DNA from: an uncultured Phycisphaerales bacterium
GTDB lineage: Bacteria > Planctomycetota > Phycisphaerae > Tepidisphaerales > Tepidisphaeraceae
Length of the DNA stretch: 64,000 nucleotides
Reading direction: 5' to 3'
Assembly (NCBI GenBank): GCA_963758525.1
Contig: CAVWVQ010000003.1
Span: 1,824,001 to 1,888,000, forward strand
Shown: positions 1-11,259 of the stretch, piece by piece
Layout: every line of letters begins with the position of its first letter
How positions within the stretch are numbered: the stretch's first letter is position 1
Position numbers and translations under genes: made by a program
Notes under the pieces: model-generated
What the model saw: only the letters and a program-made list of their open reading frames with translations
Told to the model about the DNA's origin: nothing
The model's database searches: none

Positions 1-159
1 GACCCGTACTCCAACGGCTACGGTGCCTCCTCCCCGTATTGGATTCGCTACTAAATCGATCGCAGGCGCGTACACTTCCCAGCAGTCACGAGGATTTGCC
101 GGCCCGTTCCCGAAACGGACGGGCGGGCAAATGGTATTAACTTCAACTGTGGAGGTGTT

Positions 160-1266
160 ATGCCGCGACGTGGACCATCCGCCGATTCGTCATTTATTTC
201 CCGCAGAGGTTTTGTGAAACGCTCCGCAGCAGGGCTCGCGGCCGGCATGGTCTTACCGACCATTCTCCGCGCCCAGGACAAGGCCGGCGCAAAGCCGCTG
301 ATCGTCGGGCAGGAAGACCACACGTATGAAGTGCTCGACGGCTGGGCAAAGCTCCCGCCGAATATGTCGTTTGGCAACACGCACTCGGTCCTCGAAACCG
401 CCGACGGCAGGATCGTGATCCATCACACCGGCCACGACTCGACCTGCTTCTTCGATCCGGACGGCAAATTCATCGAAGCGTGGGGCGGCAAGACGTACAT
501 TGGCAACGCCCACGGGATGGACCTGCGCCAGGAGAACGGCGAGGAATTTCTCTACCTCGCGACCACCGGCATGCACAAGGAGATCAAGACCGATCTCAAG
601 GGCGAGGTGGTATTCTCCCTCGATTATCCGAAGGACGCCAAGGACGCGGAGGGGAAGCCGTGCTACCCCGATGCCAAGCCGTACAAGCCAACATTCACGG
701 CCTTTGCTCCCAACGGCGACTTCTACGTCACCGACGGTTACGGCTTAGGCTTCATTCATCACTACAGCATCAAGGGCGATTACATCAGCACCTTTGCCGG
801 CAAGGGCAACGCCCCGGATCAGACGCAATGCCCTCATGGCATCTTCTGTGACACGCGGACTCCCGATCGTCCGATGCTGCTCGTCGCCGACCGCGAGCAT
901 CATCGGCTCCAGTATTTCACGCTCGACGGCAAGCTCGATCATCTTGTCACCAATGAGAATCCCCAGCAGGACAAGGACGATTCCGGCAAGCTGCGCCGCC
1001 CCTGCCAGTTCAGCCAGCGCGGCTCCGAGATCCTGATCCCTGATTTGCGCGGACGCGTGACGATTCTCGACAAAGACAATAACGCTGTCGCACAACTCGG
1101 CGACAATCCCGATGTCAAACAACGCGCCAACAACGGGGTGAAGAAAGACAAGACCGTCCCCGGCGCATTCTGCTGTCCGCACGGAGCCACCTGGGACCGC
1201 GCCGGCAATATTTACGTCGTGGAATGGCTGCCGTATGGAAGGGTGACGAAACTTCGGAAGGTGTGA
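160..1266 (+). CDS. Tat-exported NHL-repeat beta-propeller protein
   Basis: SRRGFVK twin-arginine signal; repeated NHL-like motifs (FYVTDGYG, CPHGI, LLVADREHHRLQYF, CPHGATWDRAGNIYVVEW). Confidence 0.8.
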   Translation: MPRRGPSADSSFISRRGFVKRSAAGLAAGMVLPTILRAQDKAGAKPLIVGQEDHTYEVLDGWAKLPPNMSFGNTHSVLETADGRIVIHHTGHDSTCFFDPDGKFIEAWGGKTYIGNAHGMDLRQENGEEFLYLATTGMHKEIKTDLKGEVVFSLDYPKDAKDAEGKPCYPDAKPYKPTFTAFAPNGDFYVTDGYGLGFIHHYSIKGDYISTFAGKGNAPDQTQCPHGIFCDTRTPDRPMLLVADREHHRLQYFTLDGKLDHLVTNENPQQDKDDSGKLRRPCQFSQRGSEILIPDLRGRVTILDKDNNAVAQLGDNPDVKQRANNGVKKDKTVPGAFCCPHGATWDRAGNIYVVEWLPYGRVTKLRKV

Positions 1267-1273
1267 GTGAAAG

Positions 1274-2173
1274 ATGTTTCCATTCCCTTCGTATGAACAG
1301 CTGCGCGATCTGATTCAACTCGCCCGCCGCGAGGACCTCGGTGACGGCGACGTGACCAGCCGCCTTCTCGTGCCGGAGGAGACCATCGGCGTTGGCACGC
1401 TCATTCAGCAGGAAGTGGGGATCGCCTGCGGATTGCCAATCGTCGAGATGGTCTGCCGGACCTATGACGAACGCCTGCGCGTCGAGCAGATTCCCGGGTT
1501 TCACATGGAAATCATCGAGGGCCGCCTCAGCGATGCGCGGCGGACGCCGCTGCTGCGGATTCGCGGCCCGAAACGATCGCTCCTCTCGGCGGAGCGCGTC
1601 ATCCTGAACTTTCTGCAGCGCATGTCCGGGGTGGCGACGCAGACGCAGCGCTTCGTCCGCCGAGCCACCGGCACGCGCGCGAGAATTTACGACACGCGCA
1701 AAACCATTCCCGGATTCCGCCTGCTGGACAAATACGCGGTGCTCTGCGGCGGCGGACACAACCATCGGATGGGACTGTTCGACGGCCTGCTGATCAAAGA
1801 CAACCACGTGGCATCCATCCCCGTCAAGAACCTCACGACCGAACTGTCGCGCGTCGTCCGGCTGAGCCGCGCGGAAGACGCGAAACGGTTTGTCGAGATC
1901 GAAGTCGACACGCTGGAGCAATTCCGCGAAGTGATCAAAGTGGACGGCGTCGATGCGATCCTGCTGGACAACATGGATTGCCCCACGATGGAAACAGCCG
2001 TGCATCTGCGCGACGGCGCGGCCCGGCGCGGCACACTCGAGCTCGAAGCCTCGGGGGGCGTCACGCTTGAAACGATTCGCCCGATCGCTTCGACCGGCGT
2101 CGAACGCATCGCTGTCGGGGCGCTGACGCACTCGGCAATTTCCCTGAATATCGGCTTGGAAGTCGAGGAATGA
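1274..2173 (+). CDS. nadC: Nicotinate-nucleotide diphosphorylase (quinolinate phosphoribosyltransferase)
   Basis: Motifs EDLGDGDVTS, LSAERVILNFLQRMSG, DTRKTIPG, NHRMGLFD-LIKDNH, EIEVD, ILLDNM, EASGG, GALTHS. Confidence 0.96.
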   Translation: MFPFPSYEQLRDLIQLARREDLGDGDVTSRLLVPEETIGVGTLIQQEVGIACGLPIVEMVCRTYDERLRVEQIPGFHMEIIEGRLSDARRTPLLRIRGPKRSLLSAERVILNFLQRMSGVATQTQRFVRRATGTRARIYDTRKTIPGFRLLDKYAVLCGGGHNHRMGLFDGLLIKDNHVASIPVKNLTTELSRVVRLSRAEDAKRFVEIEVDTLEQFREVIKVDGVDAILLDNMDCPTMETAVHLRDGAARRGTLELEASGGVTLETIRPIASTGVERIAVGALTHSAISLNIGLEVEE

Positions 2174-2212
2174 GCTTGCACGAGATGCACGACCATCTCT
2201 GCGCGCTACTAG

Positions 2213-2252
2213 CCGCTCTCCCGGTATTCCGGGAGAGGGCAGGGGTGAGGGT
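2213..2252. repeat. CCCTCACCCCnGCCCTCTCCC-family dispersed palindromic repeat (half copy)
   Basis: ctctcccggtattccgggagagggcaggggtgagggt between nadC and the SGNH gene; related to the copy at 3511-3618. Confidence 0.6.
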
Positions 2253-2277
2253 GATTTCGAGCGTGAGAAATCATGGG

Positions 2278-3477
2278 ATGCTCGAAAGAGGTTCATGCGG
2301 AGCCGCTATCCTGCTTTTGTTCGCCGTGGCGGCGCCGGCAATCGCCGCTGCAGCCCAGCCCTTCGGCGATAACGTTGAAATGCGCGGAAGCCTCGACAAC
2401 TCCCGCCTTATGTTTCTGAAAGAGAAGAAAGGGACGGTGGCTTTCCTCGGCGGCTCGATCACGGAGATGAATGGGTATCGCCCGATGGTCTGCGACATCC
2501 TCCAGAAACGTTTTCCTGATACCAGCTTCAAATTCATCAACGCGGGCATCGCCTCGACCACTTCCGCAACCGGCGCATTCCGCCTCGCCAGCGACGTGTT
2601 CGGAGGCGGTCGTGTCGATCTGCTCTTCGTGGAGTTTGCCGTCAACGATGATCAGGACGGTCATTACACGCGGCAGGAATGCATTCGCGCAATGGAGGGA
2701 ATCATCCGCCAGGCGCGGAAAGAGAATCCGAACATCGACATCGTCATGACCTTCTTCGTCAACGAGGGAATGCTCACCACGTTGCAGGCAGGCAAGACGC
2801 CGCTCACGATCGAAGCACACGAAGCGGTCGCGCAGCATTACGGCATTCCGACGATCAACCTGGCAAGAGAAGCGGCGCAGGAAATCACCGCCGGGACGCT
2901 CACCTGGAAAAAGTATGGCGGCGTTCACCCCGCGCCGTTCGGAAACGCCATCTGCGCGAAAATGATCGACGAGCTGCTCAACCGCGCCTGGACGGCGCCG
3001 CTGGCGAACGATGCCGCATTCGTCGCACACGCGATGCCTCCCGCACCGCTCGATCCGCTCAACTATGAGCGCGGCCGGTTCGTCGAACTCGAAAGCGCGA
3101 AGATCGCCCATGGCTGGATGCTGGCCGTGCCGGACTGGGCAAACATTCCCGGCGGCAAGCGCGATCGCTTCCTGAAGATTCCGATGTTGTCAGCGACCGA
3201 TCCCGGCGCGGAGCTGTCTTTGGATTTCGAGGGAACAGCCGTCGGCGCTTACGTCGTCGCCGGCCCGGATGCGGGAATCATTGATTCCAGCGTCGACGGC
3301 GGCCCGTTCGCTCCCGTGAATCTATTTCACAACTACAGCAAGGGCCTTCATTACCCTCGCACCGTCATGTTCGCGACGGACCTCAAGCCGGGAAAACACT
3401 CCGTCGTGCTCCGCGTCGCGAGTGACACCAATAGCACTGGCCACGCAGCACGGATCATGCGCTTTGTCGCGAATTGA
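2278..3477 (+). CDS. Secreted SGNH/GDSL hydrolase (carbohydrate esterase-like)
   Basis: VAFLGGSIT, NAGIAST, LLFVEFAVND, GVHP blocks; signal peptide after ATG 2278 (the ORF track starts at 2170 through the repeat). Confidence 0.85.
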   Translation: MLERGSCGAAILLLFAVAAPAIAAAAQPFGDNVEMRGSLDNSRLMFLKEKKGTVAFLGGSITEMNGYRPMVCDILQKRFPDTSFKFINAGIASTTSATGAFRLASDVFGGGRVDLLFVEFAVNDDQDGHYTRQECIRAMEGIIRQARKENPNIDIVMTFFVNEGMLTTLQAGKTPLTIEAHEAVAQHYGIPTINLAREAAQEITAGTLTWKKYGGVHPAPFGNAICAKMIDELLNRAWTAPLANDAAFVAHAMPPAPLDPLNYERGRFVELESAKIAHGWMLAVPDWANIPGGKRDRFLKIPMLSATDPGAELSLDFEGTAVGAYVVAGPDAGIIDSSVDGGPFAPVNLFHNYSKGLHYPRTVMFATDLKPGKHSVVLRVASDTNSTGHAARIMRFVAN

Positions 3478-3510
3478 GGCAGGCGTGCGCGAATTTCCGG
3501 GCAATGACTT

Positions 3511-3618
3511 CTTGCCTCCTCCCCTCGTACCCGGGGGAATCGTTCATTTGACGCGGCCCGTCGGAACGGACGAACCCCCACCCCAGCCCTCCGCCAGAGT
3601 ACTAGGGGAGGAGGCAAG
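3511..3618. repeat. Palindromic intergenic repeat with 20-bp terminal inverted repeats
   Basis: cttgcctcctcccctcgtac (3511) ... gtactaggggaggaggcaag (3618), 19/20 inverted match, with internal cccccaccccagccctc; lies between convergent genes. Confidence 0.7.
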
Positions 3619-3690
3619 ATCGGGATATCGTCGCGAACAGGCTCCGGAAGTCCGCGCACGCTCGTTGGGCCGCACGAAGAAGCCCTCAAT

Positions 3691-4301
3691 TCAGCGCCGC
3701 CGCTTTGCGCCAGATAAATTCCGACAAACCCGCCGCTGGTGCTGGGGATATGTGCGAGCGCAACTTTTTTGAGACGATCCGCCTGGTCGGTGACCCAGGC
3801 GCTGGCGGTCTTGTACTCGGTGCTCGCCGCGGCGGTCAGATCGACGTTGGCGATGTGGAAATAGGAAAGCGCGCCCAGTGCCGTCGCGAAGAGAGCCGCG
3901 ATCAACGCCGTCAACTTTACAAACAGGCGGGTGATCCAGCCGAGGATGAAACCCAGGACGATGCTGATGCCGACGCGCCCGTACCAAGGCGCCGATTTGG
4001 CCGGGGCTGATGGCGGCGGTGCGATGTCAGGCTCGACTGGCGTGTTGGAATTCGTATCAAACGCGCCAGAGTGAGGCGCCGACCGGAGCGGAGCCGCGGA
4101 CGACGAAGGTGATGTCGTCACGGCGGGCTGGGGCGAGGTGGCCCGTACGACCAGACCAGCGCCGCCCGCGAATGCGGCCAGCGCAAGCAACGTCTTCTGC
4201 CAGCGTGGCAGCGACAATAGATGGCCGAAGAAGAGCGCGAGCAGATGCGCGAGGTGCGCCTTGGGAGCGGGTTGTTGCTCGTTGGGCAATGGCTGGTTCA
4301 C
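3691..4301 (-). CDS. FUN14-family membrane protein (C-terminal indel near 3712)
   Basis: GISIVLGFILGWITRLFVK-type helices and PSTSGGFVGIYL; an alternative frame gives the typical basic end GAKRRR* at 3691. Confidence 0.65.
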
Positions 4302-4414
4302 GGCTGACCGCAGTCCTTCTCTTCAGCGGACGTCCTGCCGCTCACCACCCACTCTGAGGCACAGGTTCGCTTCCTTTGACATCAACTTCCCGGCGTCCCA
4401 CTTGTCAGCGTTTC

Positions 4415-7400
4415 CTATCTGGCCGATGCGCTGGCGCTGGCCGGCGTCGCGTCAGCGCTCAGATCGCCCAGGGCGTACTGGATTCCCGCGAGATAGAACC
4501 TTAAGACAACAGAGTTGGCATAGATTTCCTCGCGGTGGCCCAGCGAGCAATAGAAGACACGGCCTTTGCCGGCCTTGCGAATCCAGGCTACGGCAAAGTC
4601 ATTGTCCGGGCTGCTGCCCTTCTGCTTTGTGCGGCCGGGCATGGTCCAATCCAGGCTCAGCAAGACGTGCTCGCGGGAGCGTGAATAGGGCTGATAGTTC
4701 TGATGTTGCCCGTTGAACATTGGCGTGAACTGGTAGATCTCGTCGGCAACGTCCAGGCCGTTCTTGTCGAACATTTGCGTGAGGGGGCTTGACGGATCGT
4801 CTAGCTTGATGCCGACCTTCTCGTTCCATGGATGGCCGTTGAAGTAGCCGCCGATCAGGTCGCCGTAGGCGGGAAGATTCTTGTATGCATCGGTGGCGGC
4901 GTGAATCCCCGCCAGGCCTTTTCCTTGCGTCTGCACAAATCCCAGGAGGTTTTGCATGCGCTGTGATTCGGCTTGCTTGAACGGCATCAGCCTCTCGTCT
5001 GATGCTGTTCGCTCATCGGGCGTCGCGTTTTTGGGGAGGTTGGCGTTCGGAATCAGGAATTGGCCGGTCGTGCTGACCAAGACGACGGCGTCATACTTCC
5101 CCAGTTCATCGAAGACCGCCGGATCATTGCTGATGGTCGCCGACCACGCACCCGTTTTGGCGCCCGGCGCTGCCACCGTCTGTTCCCCCAGTGGAATCGA
5201 GCTGTGTACAAAGCCGTTGGCGTTGCCATAAACGAGAACGTTGCGCGGGTGAGCGGGCTTCGCCAACGCCTCCTCGGGAAGCGCCGCGTTCATTTTCCGA
5301 AGGTCTTCCGGCTTGGCTTGCGAGACTGCGCTCAGGGCGGTGGTTTGTGCAAGAGCAGCCTGCGCTGGTGGGTGACTTGCCTGGCCCGGGCCGGCTGGCT
5401 GCAACAGTTCCAGTTCGTGAATGGACCAGTACACGCCCTTCTCCGGCGCAAGCGTGCCGGTCTGCGTCAGACGGACGAATCTCGCCTCCGACGGAGCGAA
5501 CATGATCTCCATTACCCCGGGCAGCCCTTTGCCCTGCGACACGGACTTCCATGACTCCTGATCATCCGACAGTTCTATTTTGTACGCGCGGGTGTAGTCG
5601 TTGGGAGATTTGGCCGAGTCGATCGAGACGCCGCCGATCCGCGTTTTCCTTGGCAGCTCGATTTGCACCCACATTCCCGCAGCGAGCTCGCTGCCCGAGG
5701 TCCAGCGCGAATCGCGGTCCCCGTCTGCGAGGAGCCGCGCCGACGAGGAATTGACGCTTGCCGCCACCTTCCAGTCCTTGTTGCCGCCGATCGGCTGGGG
5801 GAACGTGGCGCGGAGTTCGTCGATCGTCCAGGGTTTGCCGCGGGTCTTTGCCTGCGGGCGCAGGGCCGCGACATCGGCGGCGGAGATCATCGTTCCGTGA
5901 TTCCCGAAGCTGTTGCGCACGTAGGAGCTGACCTGGGCGATCCACTTGTCGGCGTTGGTATCCATGGGCACCATTTGCGCCGCGTACTGCGTGCCGCCCA
6001 CCGGACCGCTCAACCCATTGAGCAGGATTTTGACAATTGCATCGCGATGCTCGAGCACTTCGCGCGCCCCCGCCAGCGGCGGAGCCTGCGTTGCGCCGGG
6101 CGCGCCGCCACTCATCGGCATGCCCTTGCCGTCATACCCGTGGCAGGCATAGCAGAGTTCCTGATAGATTTTTTCGCCCTTTTGAAGCTCCACGACTTCG
6201 ACCTTGCTGAAGTGCTTTTCGTCGATGCCCTGCCCTGCGTTGAGTGCCATGGCGCCAATCTCCTTGACGCCGTCGAAGGAAGAACTCGCCAGAACCAGCG
6301 AGGCGAATTGACGGTAATCAGGCCAGTTCAGCAGTTTGCCGGTCATCAAGACCTGCAGGACGACGCCAGGGTCCTTGTCCTTTGCCATGGCCTTGAGATC
6401 GGCGTTGAGCGACGTGTCGCCCTTCTGGACCAGCGATTCGCTGGTGCGCATCGCCGCGATGCGGACCTGGGCCTCGGGGGCCTTGAGCACTGCGCGAACA
6501 AGTGTTGCGTCGAGCGCGCCGAGTCCTTCCAGCGTCCAGAGGGCATGAATGCGCCCAAGCGGGCTTTTGTCGGCACGTGCCATCTGCATGAGCGCGGGAA
6601 CCACGGACTTGTCCCCCTTGAGCACCAGGAGCATCTGCGCCTGATCGCGCCACCATCCATTGGGATGATCAAGATGCGTTACGAGCTGCGCCGCAGTTTC
6701 GTCGAGCATGTGCGGCATCGGGCCGGGTTTCATGCCGTCGTACACCAGCCGCCAGATGCGGCCATGATCCATCACGTTCTGGAAGCCGTATTTCTTCACG
6801 ACTTTCCGCAGGTAGCTTCCCTCATTCACCCAGGCGGCCTGTTGAATAATGCCGCGATACATGTCGGTGATGTAGAGGCAGCCATCGGGGCCGGTGGTGA
6901 TGTTGACGGGACGGAAGTAGGGATCGGTCGAGCGGAGGAACTCCGATTTGTCATAAGCGTTGCGGAGAAATGTCAAACCGTCTTTATTCTCCACCTTCGC
7001 GCGGCGGATGAGCCGGCCGACGGGTTCGTTGATGAAAACATCGCCCTCCATGTCGGCGGGCAGTCGGTCGCCGCGATAGACGGCGATGCCCGCGGTGGCG
7101 GTCAGATGATTCAATGTTTTGTCTTCGGGCCTGAATCGGCTGACGCCTCCCTGCACATCCGCCAGTCCAACGAGCGGCCAGACTTCCTGAAAATCCGCCG
7201 AGCGGTCGTTGGGCAGGTCGAATCCGCCGTAGATGATCGGCGTCTGGTACCGCAGCGGTCCATGTTCGCTGCCGGCGTTGGTAACCCACATCTTTCCGTA
7301 ATCATCCTGCGAGAGGCCCCACTGGCCGCCATTGCTGGGCGTGTGGCCTTCCTGAAGCACTCCTCCGATGTAGCGAAGACGCAGGTCGCTGACGGCCTGA

Positions 7401-7979
7401 TACATCCAATTGTCCAGCCCCCAAATGAGTCCGCTGGGCTGATGCTCGAGATTCCCGCCGCGCGGGCCGCCCTTGTAGAATAGCTCTTTCTTGTCCGCCA
7501 CACCCGCGTGCTTCGTATCGTAGTACGCAAAGATGTCGCTCGTGTTGGTCTCGTTGATCAACACGCGATCGGCAAGAGGCAGCACCTCCCGCGGAGGCAG
7601 GAGTCCCTCGGCGAAGACAGTGTGCTTGTCGTAGACGCCGTCCCCTTTGGTGCTTTCATGCAGCGACACCCGGTTGACGGGGTTCATTTCACCCGTGGCA
7701 TCAATGTCCTGCATGTAGGTGCGCATCTCGCCGACATACATCCTCCCGTTTCCGTCGAAGACGGTGACCACCGGCTCCTTAATCACCGGATCGCTGAGAA
7801 CCAGTTCCATGTGGTAGCCGAGGGGGAGCTGGAATGTTTTGGCTTCCTCAGCCGGAGAAAGAATCGGAGGGGGTTGGGCGGGCGCAGTCGGAATCCGGCG
7901 GATTCCGATCGGCCGCGAATAGCGATGCGCATGCCGTGAAAAGCCCGCCCCACACGGTACAAATGACAATCTTCCTCAT
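4415..7979 (-). CDS. Large secreted PVC-type dehydrogenase-like propeller/HEAT/cytochrome c/discoidin/ThuA fusion (indel near 7900)
   Basis: Signal peptide MRKIVICTVWGGLFTACASLFA from ATG 7979 in a neighbouring frame; LSPAEEAKTFQLP...EPV...FDGNGRMYV; HEAT repeats; CYACH heme motif; F5/8-like domain; ThuA-like C-terminus (GFVHSSI, GLAGIHAA, GRVFYCSLGH). Confidence 0.8.
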
Positions 7980-8154
7980 TAACCACCTCGAAAAGCCAAC
8001 CTGCGATTTTTTCCAAATTTCGCGAGCGACTCCGAACATTTCACCATTTCCCTGATTCGCGTTGCATGGAAACTGATCGCGCCGCGCGACGGTGTGATCC
8101 GCAGTTGATCGCATTGATGACCGCGCTCATCATCCATGCGATCACAGGCGGTCA

Positions 8155-9259
8155 TCAGCGGAAATCGATATCCATCGAGATACGCAGCAGATCGCCACTG
8201 GCTTAGAATTCAGCTGATTGTGAGCTCGCCGATCGCGCAACTGAGCCGTTGCTCAGAATCGGCTGAGTATCGACATGACCATCGACATACAGAATATTCA
8301 TCTTTCCGTGGTGTCGAGCGAGATCAAAGACACCGGTGCCGCCGTTCTTTCCAGCGGTCGGGTTGCTTGCGGATCCTTACCGTTGTACACGTCGCCCAGA
8401 TGGTTACCTGGGCCGGTCACCCAGAACGCCAGACTCAGCCGCTGCCGCCCGGCTCGGCGACCCACGTGTTTACGTTGCCGTCAGCCATCAGCATGGTGTC
8501 CGAAGGGTTAGGGATGATCGCAACATTGCCGCGGGCGCGGCTGTAGCCGGTAACACTGTTATATCCGTTATCGTTCCACCCCAGTATCTCGTCATTGAAG
8601 CCATAGCTGGAGTACCCGTTGGTGTAATTGCCGCCGAAGGTGCAGTTCCACCACCGCGCGCCGTTGCCATATGGATTATGCACCGTCGGATCCCCGTTAT
8701 CCGCAGCCATCACGGCATCCTCAGGTTCCCATTTGGCTGCAATAAGCTCCTCATTTGCAGGACAAGTGAAATAAGCCCGGAGCGGCAGCGTGTTGGCATA
8801 TGCATCTTCCCATTTATATCCCTGGCCCGGCATCGAGCTGCTGGGAAGCCCCAGGTAAACCGATAGCGCGCACGGAAGCGCGTCCAACACCAGAGTGGTG
8901 GGCGTGGTCGTGCTGTTATTAAAGTAATCGTATCGCTGCATCGTCCCGTCCCCCAAACCCTTGGGAGAGGCGGTATTCGTGGCTCCGTTATAGATCAAGC
9001 CCGAGAGCGGGAAAAAACCGCGGTGCTCATTGGAATGCATCATCATCGCCTGACCGAGTGTGCGAAGATTCGCCTGGCACTTGATCGTCTGAGCCGATCG
9101 CCTGGCGGCCGCGAGGGCCGGCATGAGAATTCCAATCAGCACGGCGATAATGCCGATGACGACCAGCAATTCCAAAAGGGTAAAACCATAACGAGGTGCA
9201 GGTTTGAAAAAGCAGCCGCGCGGAGCGGAGTCGAACCTGATTGGGCGTGCTGTGCTCAT
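8155..9259 (-). CDS. DUF1559-like prepilin-type N-terminal / H-X9-DG domain protein, paralog 1 (split by indels)
   Basis: GFTLLELLVVIGIIAVLIGILMPAL; the C-terminal RHHGKMNILYVDGHVD and ISMDIDFR* read in a shifted frame past 8435. Confidence 0.85.
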
Positions 9260-9333
9260 ATGACGTCACCCTTTCTCTAACCGCCGCCCAAGGGGCCGGC
9301 GACCGACCGATTAGGGGATTCACCGTATGATGT

Positions 9334-9361
9334 ATTTGCAGTTCGCCTGAAAAACATTACA
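9334..9361 (-). promoter_or_regulatory. Putative ECF-sigma promoter TGTAATGTT-N13-GCAAAT
   Basis: Exact bipartite motif about 75 bp upstream of DUF1559 paralog 1; same spacing at 3 other sites. Confidence 0.75.
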
Positions 9362-9479
9362 TCGTAAATGCTTTTTTTTCGTGCCAAAAGCCGCGTGGGC
9401 GAACGATTTGGCTGAGCCCAGTTTAGCGATCTCATCCTTTATCTGGTCCCAGGAGCAACTTCGCGGACCGCAGGCCGCG

Positions 9480-10079
9480 TCAGCGGCGTGCACCTGTTTC
9501 CTCATCGGTCGGCATGACATGGGTGATTCCACTGATTCCTTCCGGGCACACGGGGATCTGCGTTTTGAGGTAATTTTTCATCTCAGCTGAACCACCTGGT
9601 GCGTCCGGTAAGAGCCACGTCGAGTCGCCCGGCTTCTTGACCAGCATTGGCGCCTGCAGCAAACCAGCTAATTGTTCGGGATGCCTGGCTGCGGTCGACT
9701 CAATTTCGTTCCGCTGCTTGTCTGCGTATTTCTGAAGGTAAGCGACAAATATCTTCCCGGTTCCGCAGCGATACACTTCGGCCTCGCAGGCAGATTTTCC
9801 GTCGTGATCGAATGGCGGAATCTGAGTGCTGCTATCGATGAACCACGTGCGACCGTCGTCATCAGAATAAAATCGCGAGTTCTGCAGACGCCGGCTGGGT
9901 CCTCGCGGAATGACTTCGTTGAAAACTAGAAATACTGCCAGCCCCAGGATCAAAATCGCGGCCCACATAAAGACTGACTGCCTCTGGCGGATGCTCGAAT
10001 GCCCATGCGTTCTGCCGCGCACGATTACTGCGAATCGGTTAGAGAAGAAGCCGGTCCCCGACGGCAGCCCCCGGGTCAT
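9480..10079 (-). CDS. Membrane-anchored hypothetical protein
   Basis: One TM helix followed by FYSDDDGRTWF...PPFDHDGK...VYRC...FVAYL; ATG overlaps the upstream stop (TGATG). Confidence 0.65.
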   Translation of the reverse strand: MTRGLPSGTGFFSNRFAVIVRGRTHGHSSIRQRQSVFMWAAILILGLAVFLVFNEVIPRGPSRRLQNSRFYSDDDGRTWFIDSSTQIPPFDHDGKSACEAEVYRCGTGKIFVAYLQKYADKQRNEIESTAARHPEQLAGLLQAPMLVKKPGDSTWLLPDAPGGSAEMKNYLKTQIPVCPEGISGITHVMPTDEETGARR

Positions 10080-11186
10080 CAGCGAAAATCGATATCCATC
10101 GAAATATGCTGCAACTCACCACTGGGGGAATTTCCCGGAGTGAGAATAGCTCCCGAAGTCGTGAAACTGCCGTTGCTCAGAATCGTGACGGTCTCTACAT
10201 GACCATCAACAATAGAATATTCATCTTTCCGCGGTGACGCTGCAGGTCGAACAGTCCCGAACCGGCGGTCGTGTGGCTGCCGTCCGTGCCGACATACACT
10301 TGCCCCAGAGAATTATTCGGGCCGGTCACCCATGCACCCAACGTGTTCCCGCTGCCTCCGGGCTCCGCAGTCCAACCCTTGCAGTTGGCATCGCACATCA
10401 GCATGGTGTTATCAGCGTGAGGAATGCTGGCAAGGTTCCCGCGGGCGCGGGAGTGGCCGGTCACCGAATTGAAGCCAATCGTTCATCCAGCCAAAAATTT
10501 CCTCGTTAAAGCCGTAGTCCGACCAACCGTTGAGATAAGTCCCGCCTTGGTGGCAGTAGAGCCATTTTGGGCCGGCTCCATATGGATTCGAACTCAGGCC
10601 CGAGCTGGCGAATGTCGGCGTCGGCCTGGGTGAAATTGGTGAGGATTGTTTCGTCTGATGGGCAGATGAAGTGATCGCGCAATGGGGAGGAATTTGTGAG
10701 TTGATTCGCCGATTGGTACCCCATTGTTAAGGAGCTGGTGCTCGGCAGGCCCAGATACGTTGCGATCGATGCGGGCAATGCGTTAACGCAGAGATAACCT
10801 CCGCCCGCGGCATTGGCGTAGTAGTCATACCGTTGCATGCTCCCGTCTCCCAAGGGAGTTGGATTATCCGGGATCGTGCCGCTTCCGCTGACATCAATCA
10901 CGCCCGCGAGCGGCATATAACCTCTATGGTCGTTTGCGTGCATCATCAATGCCTGGCCGAGTGTTCGCAGGTTCGAGGCGCACTTGATCTGCTGGGCGCT
11001 GCGCCGGGCAGAAGCCAGGGCCGGCAGAAGAATTGATATGAGCAACGCGATGATACCAATGACAATTAATAGCTCGACAAGTGTAAATCCGCTGTTCCGG
11101 CCGCGAGCCGCAGAGAGATTAGCCGGCTCGGACGAGAAAGCCGCACCCGGCGGCGGTGATCGTCTCTCTGAAGGATTCATATCCAC
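10079..11186 (-). CDS. DUF1559-like prepilin-type / H-X9-DG protein, paralog 2 (split by indels)
   Basis: [25 protein letters not shown]; fragments 10506-11186 and 10195-10464 (RHRGKMNIL) and terminal ISMDIDFR* are collinear with paralog 1. Confidence 0.85.
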
Positions 11187-11259
11187 ACCTCCACCAGTTT
11201 AGTGCCGGCGTTTATTCACCAATTGAACCTCCCTCTCAGCGCCGGTAACGACTGTAATC

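Noticed and set aside
1..54. 3' end of an upstream gene (DPYSNGYGASSPYWIRY*)
   Set aside because: Too short to assign.
5663..7483. Long antisense ORFs (also 29477-30916, 43827-45983 N-part, 46467-47984, 55421-57538, 60944-62341)
   Set aside because: Shadow frames of well-supported opposite-strand genes in high-GC DNA.
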